Translations under genes and position numbers: made by a program
Virus record (IMG/VR): IMGVR_UViG_3300031774_000001
Source of the DNA: a virus
Reading direction: 5' to 3' (one strand)
Length of the DNA stretch: 64,000 nt
The notes under the pieces: generated by a model
The model's input: the letters and a program-made list of their open reading frames with translations, nothing else
What the model was told of the DNA's origin: nothing
The model's database searches: none
In this document: positions 10,651 to 20,404 of the stretch, piece by piece
How positions within the stretch are numbered: the stretch's first letter is position 1
Layout: each line of letters starts with the position of its first letter

Positions 10651-13383
10651 ATGAAGTTTAAAGAATTTTTATTACAAGAAGGTTTATATGACCCAGGTAT
10701 ATTTAAAGCTTTCTTTATGGCAGGAGGACCTGGTAGTGGTAAATCATTTATCGCTAGTAATACTTTTGCAGGTTCTGGATTAAAATTTGTAAATTCAGAC
10801 CAAGTATTTGAAAGAGGTTTAAAGAAGGCAAATCTTTCAGATAAAATGCCTGACCAAGAAAAATATTTTAGAGATATTATAAGAAATAATGCCAAAGGTA
10901 CAACAAAAAGACAATTAGATACTTATGTAACTGGTAGATTAGGTTTAGTTATTGACGCAACTGGAAGAGATTATGGAAGAATAAGTGCAGAATATAATCA
11001 ACTACACTCATTAGGTTATGATTGTTATATGATATTTGTTAACACAACATTACCTGTTGCGTTAGAAAGAAATCAAATTAGAAGTAGAACTATACCAGAA
11101 TATATTGTTAAATCATCTTGGGAAAAAGTACAATCTAATATAGGTAAGTTTCAAAGATTATTTGGTCAATCAAATTTTATTGTAGTAGATAACAATAGGT
11201 CAGATAAAGAACTAGTGTCACAAACTTTACAAAACTGTGACAGATTAGTTAGACGATATATGAGGCAGCCAATTAAAAGTTATCTTGCAAAAACTTGGAT
11301 GACAAAAGAAAAAATGTACAGAAACAAATTAAACGAAAGTATTATAGACGCTCCTAGAAATACATATGCACCTGGAGTTTTTGATGACTATGAAACTAAA
11401 ACACCTAGAATTAAACCTAGTGTTAGAGAAATAGTTGACAATCAACTTAAAGAATTTGGTAAAGAATATCCAGTTTTAAAAGTTAGTTTAGTAGGTTCTA
11501 TACTTACAAAGAGATATAGAAAGGACGCAGATTTAGATTTTAATGTACTGTTTGATGTACCTGTAGATAAACAAGAAGAAGAAAGATTAAGATTATCTCA
11601 TAAGTATCTATCTGCTAAAAGTCCAGAAAAGATTAATGGTAAATTAATACCTGATACACAACACCCTATTAACTATTACATCATTACTGATCCTATAACT
11701 CATCAAGACCAAGAGGATAAAGCAGACGCAGTATTTGATTATAGAGGTAATGTATTTACTAAAAGACCAGCAGACTATACGTTTGATATGAAATTATATA
11801 TGTCAGCATATCAAAGAAAGGTACAAGAGATAGATGTAGTTAAAGGAGAATTAAAAAGAGATATTATAGACTATGATGAATTAAAAGATTTACAACCAGA
11901 TGATATTTTAAACTTACAAGAAAAGATTAATGAGAAGTTAGAAGAGATTGAACAATCTATAAAAGATATTGTTGATATTGGAGATGATGTATTAACTGCT
12001 AGAAGAGCTGCGTTTGATTCTGATATGACACCAGAACAAATTAAAACGTTTAGTATTAAAAATAGATTACCTAAAAATGTAGTCTATAAGTTATTAGAGA
12101 AATATCATTACTTAAAATTCTATAAGAAATGTAAAGAGATATTAGATGATAATAAAGTTACAGACGCTGAGATAGATAGTTTAAAATCTGAAGCAGTTGC
12201 TGATAAGTCTATTGCAATTACATTTGGAAGATTTAATCCACCTACAATAGGTCACGAAAAACTTATTAATAAAGTTGTAAGAGCAGATAGAAATTATAAA
12301 ATCTATATCAGTAGGTCAGAAGATAGTAAAAAGAATCCATTATCTGCTAGAGAAAAATTATCTTTTATGAAAAAGATGTTTCCACAATATGCTAGAAACA
12401 TTGAAATCAATACAACAAATATGATTTTAGATTTAGCTACTATGTTATATAACAAAGGACATAATATTTTAAAATTTGTTGTAGGTAGTGATAGAGTAAG
12501 AGAGTTTGATACTATACTTAAAAAGTATAACGACCAGAAAAATAGACACGGATACTATAACTTTAAAACAATAGATGTTATATCTGCTGGAGAGCGTGAT
12601 CCAGACGCTGAAGGCGCTTCAGGTATGAGTGCGAGTAAGATGAGGGATGCTGCTCAAAAAGGTGATGTGGCGTCATTTAAGAGAGGACTACCATCTCAAT
12701 TTAGAGATGTTGATGGACTGTTTAAAGCGGTCAGAAAAGGTATGGGTATAAGAGAAGACTATAAACCAGATATTTCAAAACCTGTTATGACATTAGGACA
12801 GTTTGAACAGAAACAAGTTAGAGACCTATACGTTAGGGAGATGATATTCAATATCGGAGACCAGGTCAAGTATCTTAAAGAAGATAAACAAGGTAAAGTA
12901 GTACGAAGAGGTACGAACTATGTTGTATTAGAAGATACAAATAATAATTTACACAAATGTTGGATATGGGATTGTATTCCAGTTGCCGCTGATAAAGAAC
13001 CAATGTTAAGAGAGTACAACCTAGATATTGATTATGGATTTGAAGCAGTTGAAACAATACCAGTACCAAAACCATACTCACAAATTAAAGATAGTTATGA
13101 AATAGGTGCTGATTATGCTAATCATTGTAAGCAAATGACACCAGGAGAGAAAGAGGACGCACCTCCTGTTGACTCAAAAGACCGTGGAAAACCTACTGAT
13201 ACATACATATCACGACCAGGTAAGGCTACGGATGCTAAAGTTGGTGAGGATAAATTAACTAAAAATGAAGTAAAAGAATGGGCAACTTCAGATTCAGTAA
13301 TAGATAAATATAAGGAACGTTATAAAGAAGAGTGGAAAGCGAAACTAAACGAAGTAGTCGCAAAGATGATTGAGAAACTTTAG
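10651..13383 (+). CDS. three-enzyme fusion: P-loop (zeta-toxin-like) kinase + Pol-beta-like nucleotidyltransferase + HxGH cytidylyl/adenylyltransferase
   Basis: GGPGSGKS; GSILTKRYRKDADLD; FGRFNPPTIGH, VGSDR and MSASKMR. Confidence 0.85.
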   Translation: MKFKEFLLQEGLYDPGIFKAFFMAGGPGSGKSFIASNTFAGSGLKFVNSDQVFERGLKKANLSDKMPDQEKYFRDIIRNNAKGTTKRQLDTYVTGRLGLVIDATGRDYGRISAEYNQLHSLGYDCYMIFVNTTLPVALERNQIRSRTIPEYIVKSSWEKVQSNIGKFQRLFGQSNFIVVDNNRSDKELVSQTLQNCDRLVRRYMRQPIKSYLAKTWMTKEKMYRNKLNESIIDAPRNTYAPGVFDDYETKTPRIKPSVREIVDNQLKEFGKEYPVLKVSLVGSILTKRYRKDADLDFNVLFDVPVDKQEEERLRLSHKYLSAKSPEKINGKLIPDTQHPINYYIITDPITHQDQEDKADAVFDYRGNVFTKRPADYTFDMKLYMSAYQRKVQEIDVVKGELKRDIIDYDELKDLQPDDILNLQEKINEKLEEIEQSIKDIVDIGDDVLTARRAAFDSDMTPEQIKTFSIKNRLPKNVVYKLLEKYHYLKFYKKCKEILDDNKVTDAEIDSLKSEAVADKSIAITFGRFNPPTIGHEKLINKVVRADRNYKIYISRSEDSKKNPLSAREKLSFMKKMFPQYARNIEINTTNMILDLATMLYNKGHNILKFVVGSDRVREFDTILKKYNDQKNRHGYYNFKTIDVISAGERDPDAEGASGMSASKMRDAAQKGDVASFKRGLPSQFRDVDGLFKAVRKGMGIREDYKPDISKPVMTLGQFEQKQVRDLYVREMIFNIGDQVKYLKEDKQGKVVRRGTNYVVLEDTNNNLHKCWIWDCIPVAADKEPMLREYNLDIDYGFEAVETIPVPKPYSQIKDSYEIGADYANHCKQMTPGEKEDAPPVDSKDRGKPTDTYISRPGKATDAKVGEDKLTKNEVKEWATSDSVIDKYKERYKEEWKAKLNEVVAKMIEKL

Positions 13384-13391
13384 AGAGAGAA

Positions 13392-13814
13392 ATGGCAACT
13401 AAATTCAAAGATTACGTACACAACCTATACATTGCTGAAAGCTCGGCTATGGTTTTAAAAGGGGTTGACGATTACCTTAAAATTGCTAGGGAAAAAATTA
13501 AAAGACACCCACAATTTGCTAATTTATATAGAGACCAAAGACGTGATGTAGCTACTAGTATAGGTGGCAAGTACATTAAAATTTGGGATACTGAACGAGG
13601 ACAAAGAAGAGCTATACACGCTTTTGTAGATAAAATTACAGGAGATGTTTTAAAGGCGGCTGGTGTTAATGCTCCAGCAAAAGGTGCCAGAGGAAATGTT
13701 TTAGACAAAAAGTATATGGACTCATTAAACCGTGTATTTGATACACACGGTGGACATTTATACAGTAGACATAGTTTATCATATAATTTTAAAAGAGATA
13801 ATAGATTCAAATAA
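13392..13814 (+). CDS. conserved phage hypothetical protein
   Basis: KYIKI...HAFVDK.TGDVLKAA...APAKGARGN motif typical of marine myophages. Confidence 0.75.
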   Translation: MATKFKDYVHNLYIAESSAMVLKGVDDYLKIAREKIKRHPQFANLYRDQRRDVATSIGGKYIKIWDTERGQRRAIHAFVDKITGDVLKAAGVNAPAKGARGNVLDKKYMDSLNRVFDTHGGHLYSRHSLSYNFKRDNRFK

Positions 13815-13815
13815 A

Positions 13816-15246
13816 ATGGGCGACTTAAAAGAAGAATTAGCAAAGTGGAAAAAAAGTAGGTATCAAAAACCTATGAGCGTTGCTCTTGCGGAAGTAAGAG
13901 AAAGACACGATTGCTCTAAAGTACACCCAGGTAAAAGACACCAAGAGTGGATGAATACCGAACCTGTTAAAACAGTTAAAGAAGAAATGTTTGATGAAGG
14001 ACGTATGAAGGACATCTATACGTTAGATTCAGAAGGCAAATCTGCTCAAGAGATTGCAAAGAGATTAAATTTAAGAGTATCAACAGTTAAATCCATTTTA
14101 GGAGAAAACGTTGAAACATTACACGAATTTTCAGACAGTCAAATATCACAACTTAAAAAAGAATACGAACCATTAAGAGGTAAAACAATTAGTGGAACAA
14201 ATGCTAATAAGTTGATGAAAATATTTGATAAGTTTGATAAGAATAAACAGCTTTTAATTAAGATATTAAAAGCAAATATTCCATTTGTGTCAATGTTAGC
14301 GCAAGCAAGACTCATTTCAAGACACGGAGCAAACGCTTCCCAGTTGGCACAAATGAGAAAAGAAGAATTAGAAGAAGCAAAAGCACCTTTCAGATTATCT
14401 TATGACGACAAGTATGGAAAACACGCAGGTTTTGAAGACGCAAAAACATTACAAGATTTACAAAACAAAGCACAGAAATTAAGAGCTAAAGGATTTAAGA
14501 TTAATAAAATGGGTAGAAATACATCACCTGTTGAACAAAAACTACCAGAACCAGAAGGTAAAACAGAAGTACCAGAAGCGTTTGCTGTACAAGTTACTAA
14601 AATGGATGGTGGTAAATTTATACACGGCAGTTATAAAACTAAAGCAGAAGCAGAAAAATGGATTAAGTGGTATAAAACTGGTGACGTAAGACAAACTAAA
14701 TCAATAGAAATTGTTAAAGAAGATACTGGATATTTACAAAGTAAAATGAGTGATAAACAAATTGCTAATATTAAAAACGTATGGAAGAATAAAAAAGCAA
14801 CAGATGTAACCGACGCTGTTAAACAAATGATTAAGAGAATGGATATACCTACTCAACTAGCAATTAAACACGCAGACATACCACATATATCAAAATTAAT
14901 TGAAGGTTCAAATGAAGAATTAATAGAAGCTTGTTGGAAAGGTTATACGCAAGTTGGTATGAAAGAAAAAGACGGAAGACAAGTACCAAATTGTGTTCCA
15001 AATAAAGACGGTGATATTCCTAAACAACGAAAAGAAGACAACGATAAAGCATATGCAATAGGTATGGCAAAAGCAAAAGAGATTAAAAAAGACCACGGAA
15101 CACCATTGAAAAAATCAACAGTAGAAAAAGGTCACGAAATTGCTAAGGCAATTAAAAAAGATGAACAAGTAGTTGGTGTAGGTCCTAAAGCAACCTTTGA
15201 AAGATTGTGGTTGAAACATAAGCGAGGAGATAAAGCAGGTAAATAA
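13816..15246 (+). CDS. modular, charged, probable internal head protein
   Basis: HTH-like segment, EACWKGY...VPNCVP module, many (L/I/V)xE sites. Confidence 0.6.
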   Translation: MGDLKEELAKWKKSRYQKPMSVALAEVRERHDCSKVHPGKRHQEWMNTEPVKTVKEEMFDEGRMKDIYTLDSEGKSAQEIAKRLNLRVSTVKSILGENVETLHEFSDSQISQLKKEYEPLRGKTISGTNANKLMKIFDKFDKNKQLLIKILKANIPFVSMLAQARLISRHGANASQLAQMRKEELEEAKAPFRLSYDDKYGKHAGFEDAKTLQDLQNKAQKLRAKGFKINKMGRNTSPVEQKLPEPEGKTEVPEAFAVQVTKMDGGKFIHGSYKTKAEAEKWIKWYKTGDVRQTKSIEIVKEDTGYLQSKMSDKQIANIKNVWKNKKATDVTDAVKQMIKRMDIPTQLAIKHADIPHISKLIEGSNEELIEACWKGYTQVGMKEKDGRQVPNCVPNKDGDIPKQRKEDNDKAYAIGMAKAKEIKKDHGTPLKKSTVEKGHEIAKAIKKDEQVVGVGPKATFERLWLKHKRGDKAGK

Positions 15247-15249
15247 CCT

Positions 15250-15257
15250 TATAAATA
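15250..15257 (+). promoter_or_regulatory. T4-type late promoter
   Basis: TATAAATA 5 nt before the ATG at 15263. Confidence 0.75.
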
Positions 15258-15262
15258 GTACT

Positions 15263-16753
15263 ATGACATATTTAAAACAAAAACCAGGTAGTGTTGAAGA
15301 AGTAATTGCTAAACAGCAATCACAATATCAAGACCCTAATTACAAAGCAAAATTTGACGAAGCATTAAAAAACTCTATGGGTGGAATTGGTTCAATGACA
15401 CCTAAAGAAAAGTCAGAATTTTTTAATAAGTTAGACACAGTTAAAAAAGAAGACGCAAAAAAAGCTCAGAAGCAAAACGTTGATAGTAAAAGAGAATTAA
15501 AAAAAGAAGAATGGAAACCTTCTAATGGAAAACACGCTGATGAAACATTAATGAAAGACTTTATTGACAAAGGCGGAAAAGTAGAAAAGATACCTGAAGG
15601 TAAAACTGCTTACATAGGTAACAAAATTAAACCACATCTAGCAAACGAAAGAAATTTAGAACGTCAAAAACAAATGACAGAAGAAACTATTTCTGAAAGA
15701 GGTGGTGCCAATACATCTTCAAAACAAGGTAGTTTTGCTAAAAGTAGAAAACCAAAATATAGATTTGGATATAGAGTTGCAGAAAAACAACCTAAAGGTG
15801 ATGATATAGAAGAATCATTTTCTCAACAACAAATCAAACAAGCATACGGTATATTAAACGACCCTAGATACAAAGCAGGTAATTATTCAGGTGCAGTTGC
15901 AGCTATTGAAAAACTTGCAAAAGGATTATCAAAACATCCAGATGTTGCTAACGCATTAAAAAGAGCAAATGAATCAGTAGACCACGATAGTGCTTTTGCT
16001 ATTTCAGGTGTAGAAACACAAAGACCTACAGAAGATATGCAAGAAACTATTGACGCAGGCGAAGTATCTAAAATGAAAGACAAGAAAAAAGAAGTTGATT
16101 TTAAAACTGCTAACGTATCTACTACAGAAGATAAAAAAGATCCAAAAAAAGAAGTTATTGGTAATGAAAAACCAGAAACAAATTTAGAAAATACTATTAG
16201 AAATATTTGGAATAAAGCAGCTAATGAAACAACAGAAAGAGGAGACTCTGTACTGTTACCTACAAGAAATGAAAGTAAAATTCCACCTATTGAAAAAGAT
16301 AATAAACCAGGTGTTAAAATTGCAAAGATAAGAGCGACAAGAGATAAAGAAGATGGACAATCTGATGGTGCAAAAGACCCTACAGCAATGGAGAAACAAA
16401 TTTTAACTTTGCAAGGTCAAGTAAATGTTTTAAAAGCAAAATTAGAAAATGAAAAAGGTAAAGTAATTAAACCTGTTGCAGATAAAGAAACAGGTCAAGT
16501 TCCTTTAACAGTTGGAATTGCAAACAAACTTTTACGAGATAAAGCAGAAAAAGAAGCTGATAAAAAAGAAATTAAAAAAGAAGCAGTCAGTCCTTACAAA
16601 TTAAAATATGAAACTTTGAGAGCAAGACTTAAAGAAAAAGCTGAAAAAGAAAAACTTGCTAAGAAAAAAGATGAACCTACCAAGGGTAGAACAATGACTG
16701 GAAATCCTGCTTCAAAAGTAAATACAGATCCAGAGATAAACTATAATACCTAG
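15263..16753 (+). CDS. Lys/Glu-rich probable internal head protein
   Basis: Low complexity, late promoter, many xxE sites. Confidence 0.55.
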   Translation: MTYLKQKPGSVEEVIAKQQSQYQDPNYKAKFDEALKNSMGGIGSMTPKEKSEFFNKLDTVKKEDAKKAQKQNVDSKRELKKEEWKPSNGKHADETLMKDFIDKGGKVEKIPEGKTAYIGNKIKPHLANERNLERQKQMTEETISERGGANTSSKQGSFAKSRKPKYRFGYRVAEKQPKGDDIEESFSQQQIKQAYGILNDPRYKAGNYSGAVAAIEKLAKGLSKHPDVANALKRANESVDHDSAFAISGVETQRPTEDMQETIDAGEVSKMKDKKKEVDFKTANVSTTEDKKDPKKEVIGNEKPETNLENTIRNIWNKAANETTERGDSVLLPTRNESKIPPIEKDNKPGVKIAKIRATRDKEDGQSDGAKDPTAMEKQILTLQGQVNVLKAKLENEKGKVIKPVADKETGQVPLTVGIANKLLRDKAEKEADKKEIKKEAVSPYKLKYETLRARLKEKAEKEKLAKKKDEPTKGRTMTGNPASKVNTDPEINYNT

Positions 16754-16767
16754 GAGGCAATTAGATT

Positions 16768-17256
16768 ATGCCTCTTCCTAAACTCTATTGTGATATGGAT
16801 GGTGTCTTGGCAGACTTTAAAAAAGGTGCTGAGAAAGCAACTGGCGTCCCTATCAGTAAATGGATGAGCCTCACAAAACAAGACAAGTGGAACCCAATTA
16901 TGAATGATAAAACTTTTTGGGAAAAACTACCGTGGATGTCAGATGGTAAAACATTATGGAACTATATCAAAAAGCATTCACCAGATATTCTATCAGCATA
17001 TACAGATAGAGACCCAAATTGTAAACCTGGTAAAAGTAAATGGTGTAGAAGTCAATTAGGTATAAGTGGTGCAAGAGTTAATCTTGTAAAGAGAAGTCAA
17101 AAACAAAACTATGCTCAAACAGGATACAGAAGTCCTGCTGTATTAATTGATGATTATAAACCTAATACGGATCAATTTACAAGACGAGGTGGTATTGGTA
17201 TCTTTCATAGAAATACATCAAATACTATCCGAGAACTAAAAAAGCTAGGTTTCTAG
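16768..17256 (+). CDS. HAD-family 5'(3')-deoxyribonucleotidase-like protein
   Basis: DMDGVLADF, ILSA, LIDD, GGIGI. Confidence 0.85.
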   Translation: MPLPKLYCDMDGVLADFKKGAEKATGVPISKWMSLTKQDKWNPIMNDKTFWEKLPWMSDGKTLWNYIKKHSPDILSAYTDRDPNCKPGKSKWCRSQLGISGARVNLVKRSQKQNYAQTGYRSPAVLIDDYKPNTDQFTRRGGIGIFHRNTSNTIRELKKLGF

Positions 17257-17269
17257 CACACCTTCCCAT

Positions 17270-17277
17270 TATAAATA
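17270..17277 (+). promoter_or_regulatory. T4-type late promoter
   Basis: TATAAATA. Confidence 0.75.
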
Positions 17278-17332
17278 TACACATATATTAAGAATTGAGT
17301 ACTTTAACATAAAATTTAAAGGAGAGAATAAT

Positions 17333-17623
17333 ATGTCAAGTCATACAAATAAAGACGAAGCAGCTGGAGCACCATTATGGGCAACAGCAGCAATCAGAAA
17401 AGAATGGTCTAGTGCTAACCGTACTGACCTTTTTAATGACGCAACTGCTGACAATTTCATCACAGGTGTTACTATTGGTTTGTTTAATTACAAAGATAGT
17501 GAAGTATCAGATGGAAAAGTTGCTCACGCAGGTTGGAACCTAAAAACAACTGGTTCTGGTGGCAGAGCAGGTCGTGTATCACACGAAACATTAGTCGTAT
17601 TGACTAATTCAGCTGACGCTTAA
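17333..17623 (+). CDS. probable virion structural protein
   Basis: Late promoter, strong RBS, HAGW...GGRAGRV.HETLV motif. Confidence 0.65.
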   Translation: MSSHTNKDEAAGAPLWATAAIRKEWSSANRTDLFNDATADNFITGVTIGLFNYKDSEVSDGKVAHAGWNLKTTGSGGRAGRVSHETLVVLTNSADA

Positions 17624-17636
17624 TAATCAATAACGT

Positions 17637-17664
17637 AGGGGCAATCCTCTATAGGGTTGCCCTT
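17637..17664 (+). terminator. GC-rich stem-loop (terminator or processing hairpin)
   Basis: AGGGGCAATCCT-CTAT-AGGGTTGCCCTT. Confidence 0.6.
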
Positions 17665-17671
17665 ATAAATA
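17664..17671 (+). promoter_or_regulatory. T4-type late promoter
   Basis: TATAAATA abutting the hairpin. Confidence 0.75.
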
Positions 17672-17733
17672 ATATTATGATGTAGTCAACTGGCTACAGT
17701 AGCATTCCCGAAAGGGTTAATAGGAGAAAACAA

Positions 17734-18195
17734 ATGGCAGATAAAAAAGTCACACAGCTTACCGATTTAGGTAACGCATTAGCGAGTGTAGACCTGTTTC
17801 ACGTAATAGATGATCCATCAGGCACACCGATAAACAAAAAAGTATCAGCGGCAAATGTATTTAATAACGTACCAACGTTTTTAGGTCTTGCTCAAGCATC
17901 CCAATCATTAACAGGCACAGGTTCTGGAACTTTAGTTGCAGATGTAGAAAGTGCAGTTACAGAAGTAGAAGCAACTTCAGGAACAGCGGCAGTATCTTTA
18001 GCAGACGGCACAAGCGGTCAAGTTAAAACGTTTATAGATACAGCAACAGCAGGTACTAACGCAATAACTATAACACCAGCAAATTTAAGAGGCGGAACAA
18101 CCGTAACTTTAAATGCGCCAGGTGAAACAGTTACTTTATTATTTAAAAATTCAAATTGGAACGTAATTGCAGGTCACGGATACGCAGTTGCATAA
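17734..18195 (+). CDS. probable virion structural/decoration protein
   Basis: MADKKVTQLT N-terminus; Ala/Thr/Gly-rich beta-type composition. Confidence 0.65.
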   Translation: MADKKVTQLTDLGNALASVDLFHVIDDPSGTPINKKVSAANVFNNVPTFLGLAQASQSLTGTGSGTLVADVESAVTEVEATSGTAAVSLADGTSGQVKTFIDTATAGTNAITITPANLRGGTTVTLNAPGETVTLLFKNSNWNVIAGHGYAVA

Positions 18196-18216
18196 TATAT
18201 AATATAGGAGATAATT

Positions 18217-18438
18217 ATGGATATAAATTTGGAACAACTTACCTCGGAGAAACTTGGTCTACAAAAAGACTTTGATACTTTAGGTAAAAATATAAAACAA
18301 GTTGAAACTGATTTGGGTCAGATGAAAGCAAATTTAAATGCAATCAATGGCGCTATTCAACAAGTTAATAAATTAATAGGAATGGCTGGAGGAGATACAA
18401 CAAATCCAGTTAAAAAAGAAGATGATAAAAAAGTTTAA
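18217..18438 (+). CDS. coiled-coil hypothetical protein
   Basis: Heptad pattern; GGAG RBS. Confidence 0.7.
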   Translation: MDINLEQLTSEKLGLQKDFDTLGKNIKQVETDLGQMKANLNAINGAIQQVNKLIGMAGGDTTNPVKKEDDKKV

Positions 18439-18550
18439 GATTTTTTATGAAGATAAAGACTTGGACGATTTTGAGGAAGAAGTAATCGCTGATTGTCCTG
18501 AAGAGGACACAGCAAAAGAAAAGGAAAAAACAAAAAATGAAAACGTTTAA
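18422..18550 (+). CDS. 42-aa acidic peptide with CTS-like N-terminus (not in ORF track)
   Basis: MIKKFKIFYEDKDLDDFEEE... Confidence 0.5.
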   Translation: MIKKFKIFYEDKDLDDFEEEVIADCPEEDTAKEKEKTKNENV

Positions 18551-18962
18551 ACAACATATTACAGAAGACGGCAAGATGGTTGGCACAGCTACATCTAACG
18601 CTGTTGAAGATGGTAATTTAGGCGCTCATAACATTTCCGATCCAGAAGTATTAAATAGAGTTAATGCTTTTGTAGGTTCTATTGCAGACGTAGAATTCAT
18701 TAAACCACAACAAGCGGTAGATAGTTTAAGAGAAAAACTAAACCGAATAGGTTTAACTGTTTCTCCAGTTACAATGGAAGGAACATCTGGAAAAGTTAGT
18801 GCGAAAGTTAGTCAATTTGGTGGAAGATTTGGGAAAGATACTGATGGTTCTGATTTAAATGATGATGGTATATCACACAAAAAATCTGGCGGTCTAAATT
18901 TAGAAGTTAGTTATGAAACTTTAAAGAACGGTACATCCAAGGTCTACGCTAAGTTAGTGTAG
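18537..18962 (+). CDS. probable internal head protein
   Basis: Starts MKTFKQHITE, like the T4 IP capsid-targeting sequence. Confidence 0.7.
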   Translation: MKTFKQHITEDGKMVGTATSNAVEDGNLGAHNISDPEVLNRVNAFVGSIADVEFIKPQQAVDSLREKLNRIGLTVSPVTMEGTSGKVSAKVSQFGGRFGKDTDGSDLNDDGISHKKSGGLNLEVSYETLKNGTSKVYAKLV

Positions 18963-18968
18963 GTCAAA

Positions 18969-19331
18969 ATGTTTGAAGAGATAACCAAAGATAATTGGTT
19001 GCTATTTGCAAGCAAAAATTATAGTAATCCTACATTGGAAACCAATGTAGAGTTTTTGGAAGATATTAAAAGATTTAAATATCTTAAAAGGTTATTTCGT
19101 AAGTATAAGACTACAGGTGAAGTTAAAATAAGATTAATTATTAATCACATTGTAGTATTACAAAATGTTTTTAGTGCAGATGTAGCGATAACTTTATTAT
19201 TATTTAAGATAGATAGAGAATATTGGTCAGTATTAAAAACAGTATTGAACTATCTTAAATTACTTTATGAACACGAAATGGGTGATGTTGAAGAAGATGA
19301 AAAGATAAAACAAATGTTAAAGGAACTTTAA
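18969..19331 (+). CDS. conserved T4-like hypothetical protein
   Basis: Y.NP...EF.EDIKRFKYLKRL...RLIINH motif. Confidence 0.75.
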   Translation: MFEEITKDNWLLFASKNYSNPTLETNVEFLEDIKRFKYLKRLFRKYKTTGEVKIRLIINHIVVLQNVFSADVAITLLLFKIDREYWSVLKTVLNYLKLLYEHEMGDVEEDEKIKQMLKEL

Positions 19332-19810
19332 TGGCTAGTAGAGCAGTAGATATGTTAATAACTTACCGAGTAGTTAAACTATTGGTAACACCTTGGGAGA
19401 AGCAAGAAGCATTTAAACAAGGTATTATTGATAAAAAAGGTACTGTATTAAGACCTAATAAGACATTAAAAACAACTAAAGATAAAAAAGCATATACTTA
19501 TTTACATAGATTTGTTTTTAATATGAAAAGACTATTTGCAAAAGTAGGATTAGGTAGTAAGTTTGGTTCTTTTTTTGGTGCTATGGCAATGATATTGAGA
19601 GAAGATAATAGATTAATGACACACAAAGACGCTATAGAAGCAGGTGTTGTTTCATATTTAAAAGAAACTAATCAGTATGATAATATGTTAAATGAAGTAA
19701 GAGATATACCAGACATAGAAGATGAACCTGTGATGACTTGTTTAGGTGTGGGTATCTATGAACAAAATAATAAACTAGTATCGGAGTACGAATATGCCAA
19801 AACATTATAA
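19331..19810 (+). CDS. conserved T4-like hypothetical protein
   Basis: KLLVTPWEK..AFK.GIIDKKG...HRFVFNMKR. Confidence 0.75.
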   Translation: MASRAVDMLITYRVVKLLVTPWEKQEAFKQGIIDKKGTVLRPNKTLKTTKDKKAYTYLHRFVFNMKRLFAKVGLGSKFGSFFGAMAMILREDNRLMTHKDAIEAGVVSYLKETNQYDNMLNEVRDIPDIEDEPVMTCLGVGIYEQNNKLVSEYEYAKTL

Positions 19811-20126
19811 AGATATGATGGATGAAATCATCAACAAGATTGATGAAGATGATAAAAAAGAAGTCAAAAAAGAAGACGCACCAGCAAATGCAGTAGCACA
19901 CGGTGGCGTAGATATGAATCCAACAGGTAAGAAAAGAGTTATGGGTACTTTAAAAAGAAAAGTACAAGAGAGTGATGATAACAATAATGTTGTATTGAAA
20001 GGTGTTTATAGTGTACTAAATAAACTTGAAGAAAAGATTGATGAATTAAGTGGAGTTGTGAAAGAAGAAATTAAAATTGAAACACCTAAAAGAAAAAAGA
20101 CTATTAAAGAAAAAGCAAGACTATGA
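19794..20126 (+). CDS. hypothetical protein
   Basis: EDAPANAV motif, coiled coil. Confidence 0.7.
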   Translation: MPKHYKDMMDEIINKIDEDDKKEVKKEDAPANAVAHGGVDMNPTGKKRVMGTLKRKVQESDDNNNVVLKGVYSVLNKLEEKIDELSGVVKEEIKIETPKRKKTIKEKARL

Positions 20127-20404
20127 AAAGTTTTAAAGAATTTATAGGTACAACAGGTGTTAGAATAGGAAACTATTCAAATGTACAACCTATAGCAAGT
20201 TTAGGTGATGTGCCACCTAAAAAAAGAGCGGGTGGTAAAAATGTTAGGGGTGTTGGATTACACGCAAATTATACAAGTGCTATGAATCAAAGACCTTTTA
20301 CAAATGCTGCTCCGAAAAAAAAGAAAGACGAAAATACTATGGGTGGTATGGTTCACGTAAGAGGTGCCCAACCAACATCTAGTATGAGAACAAGGAAAAA
20401 ATAA
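20123..20404 (+). CDS. basic probable internal head protein
   Basis: Starts MKSFKEFIG. Confidence 0.65.
   Translation: MKSFKEFIGTTGVRIGNYSNVQPIASLGDVPPKKRAGGKNVRGVGLHANYTSAMNQRPFTNAAPKKKKDENTMGGMVHVRGAQPTSSMRTRKK

Noticed and set aside
10651-11340. Zeta toxin of a toxin-antitoxin pair
   Set aside because: Only the P-loop kinase fold is evident, it is fused to other enzymes, and no epsilon antitoxin is recognisable
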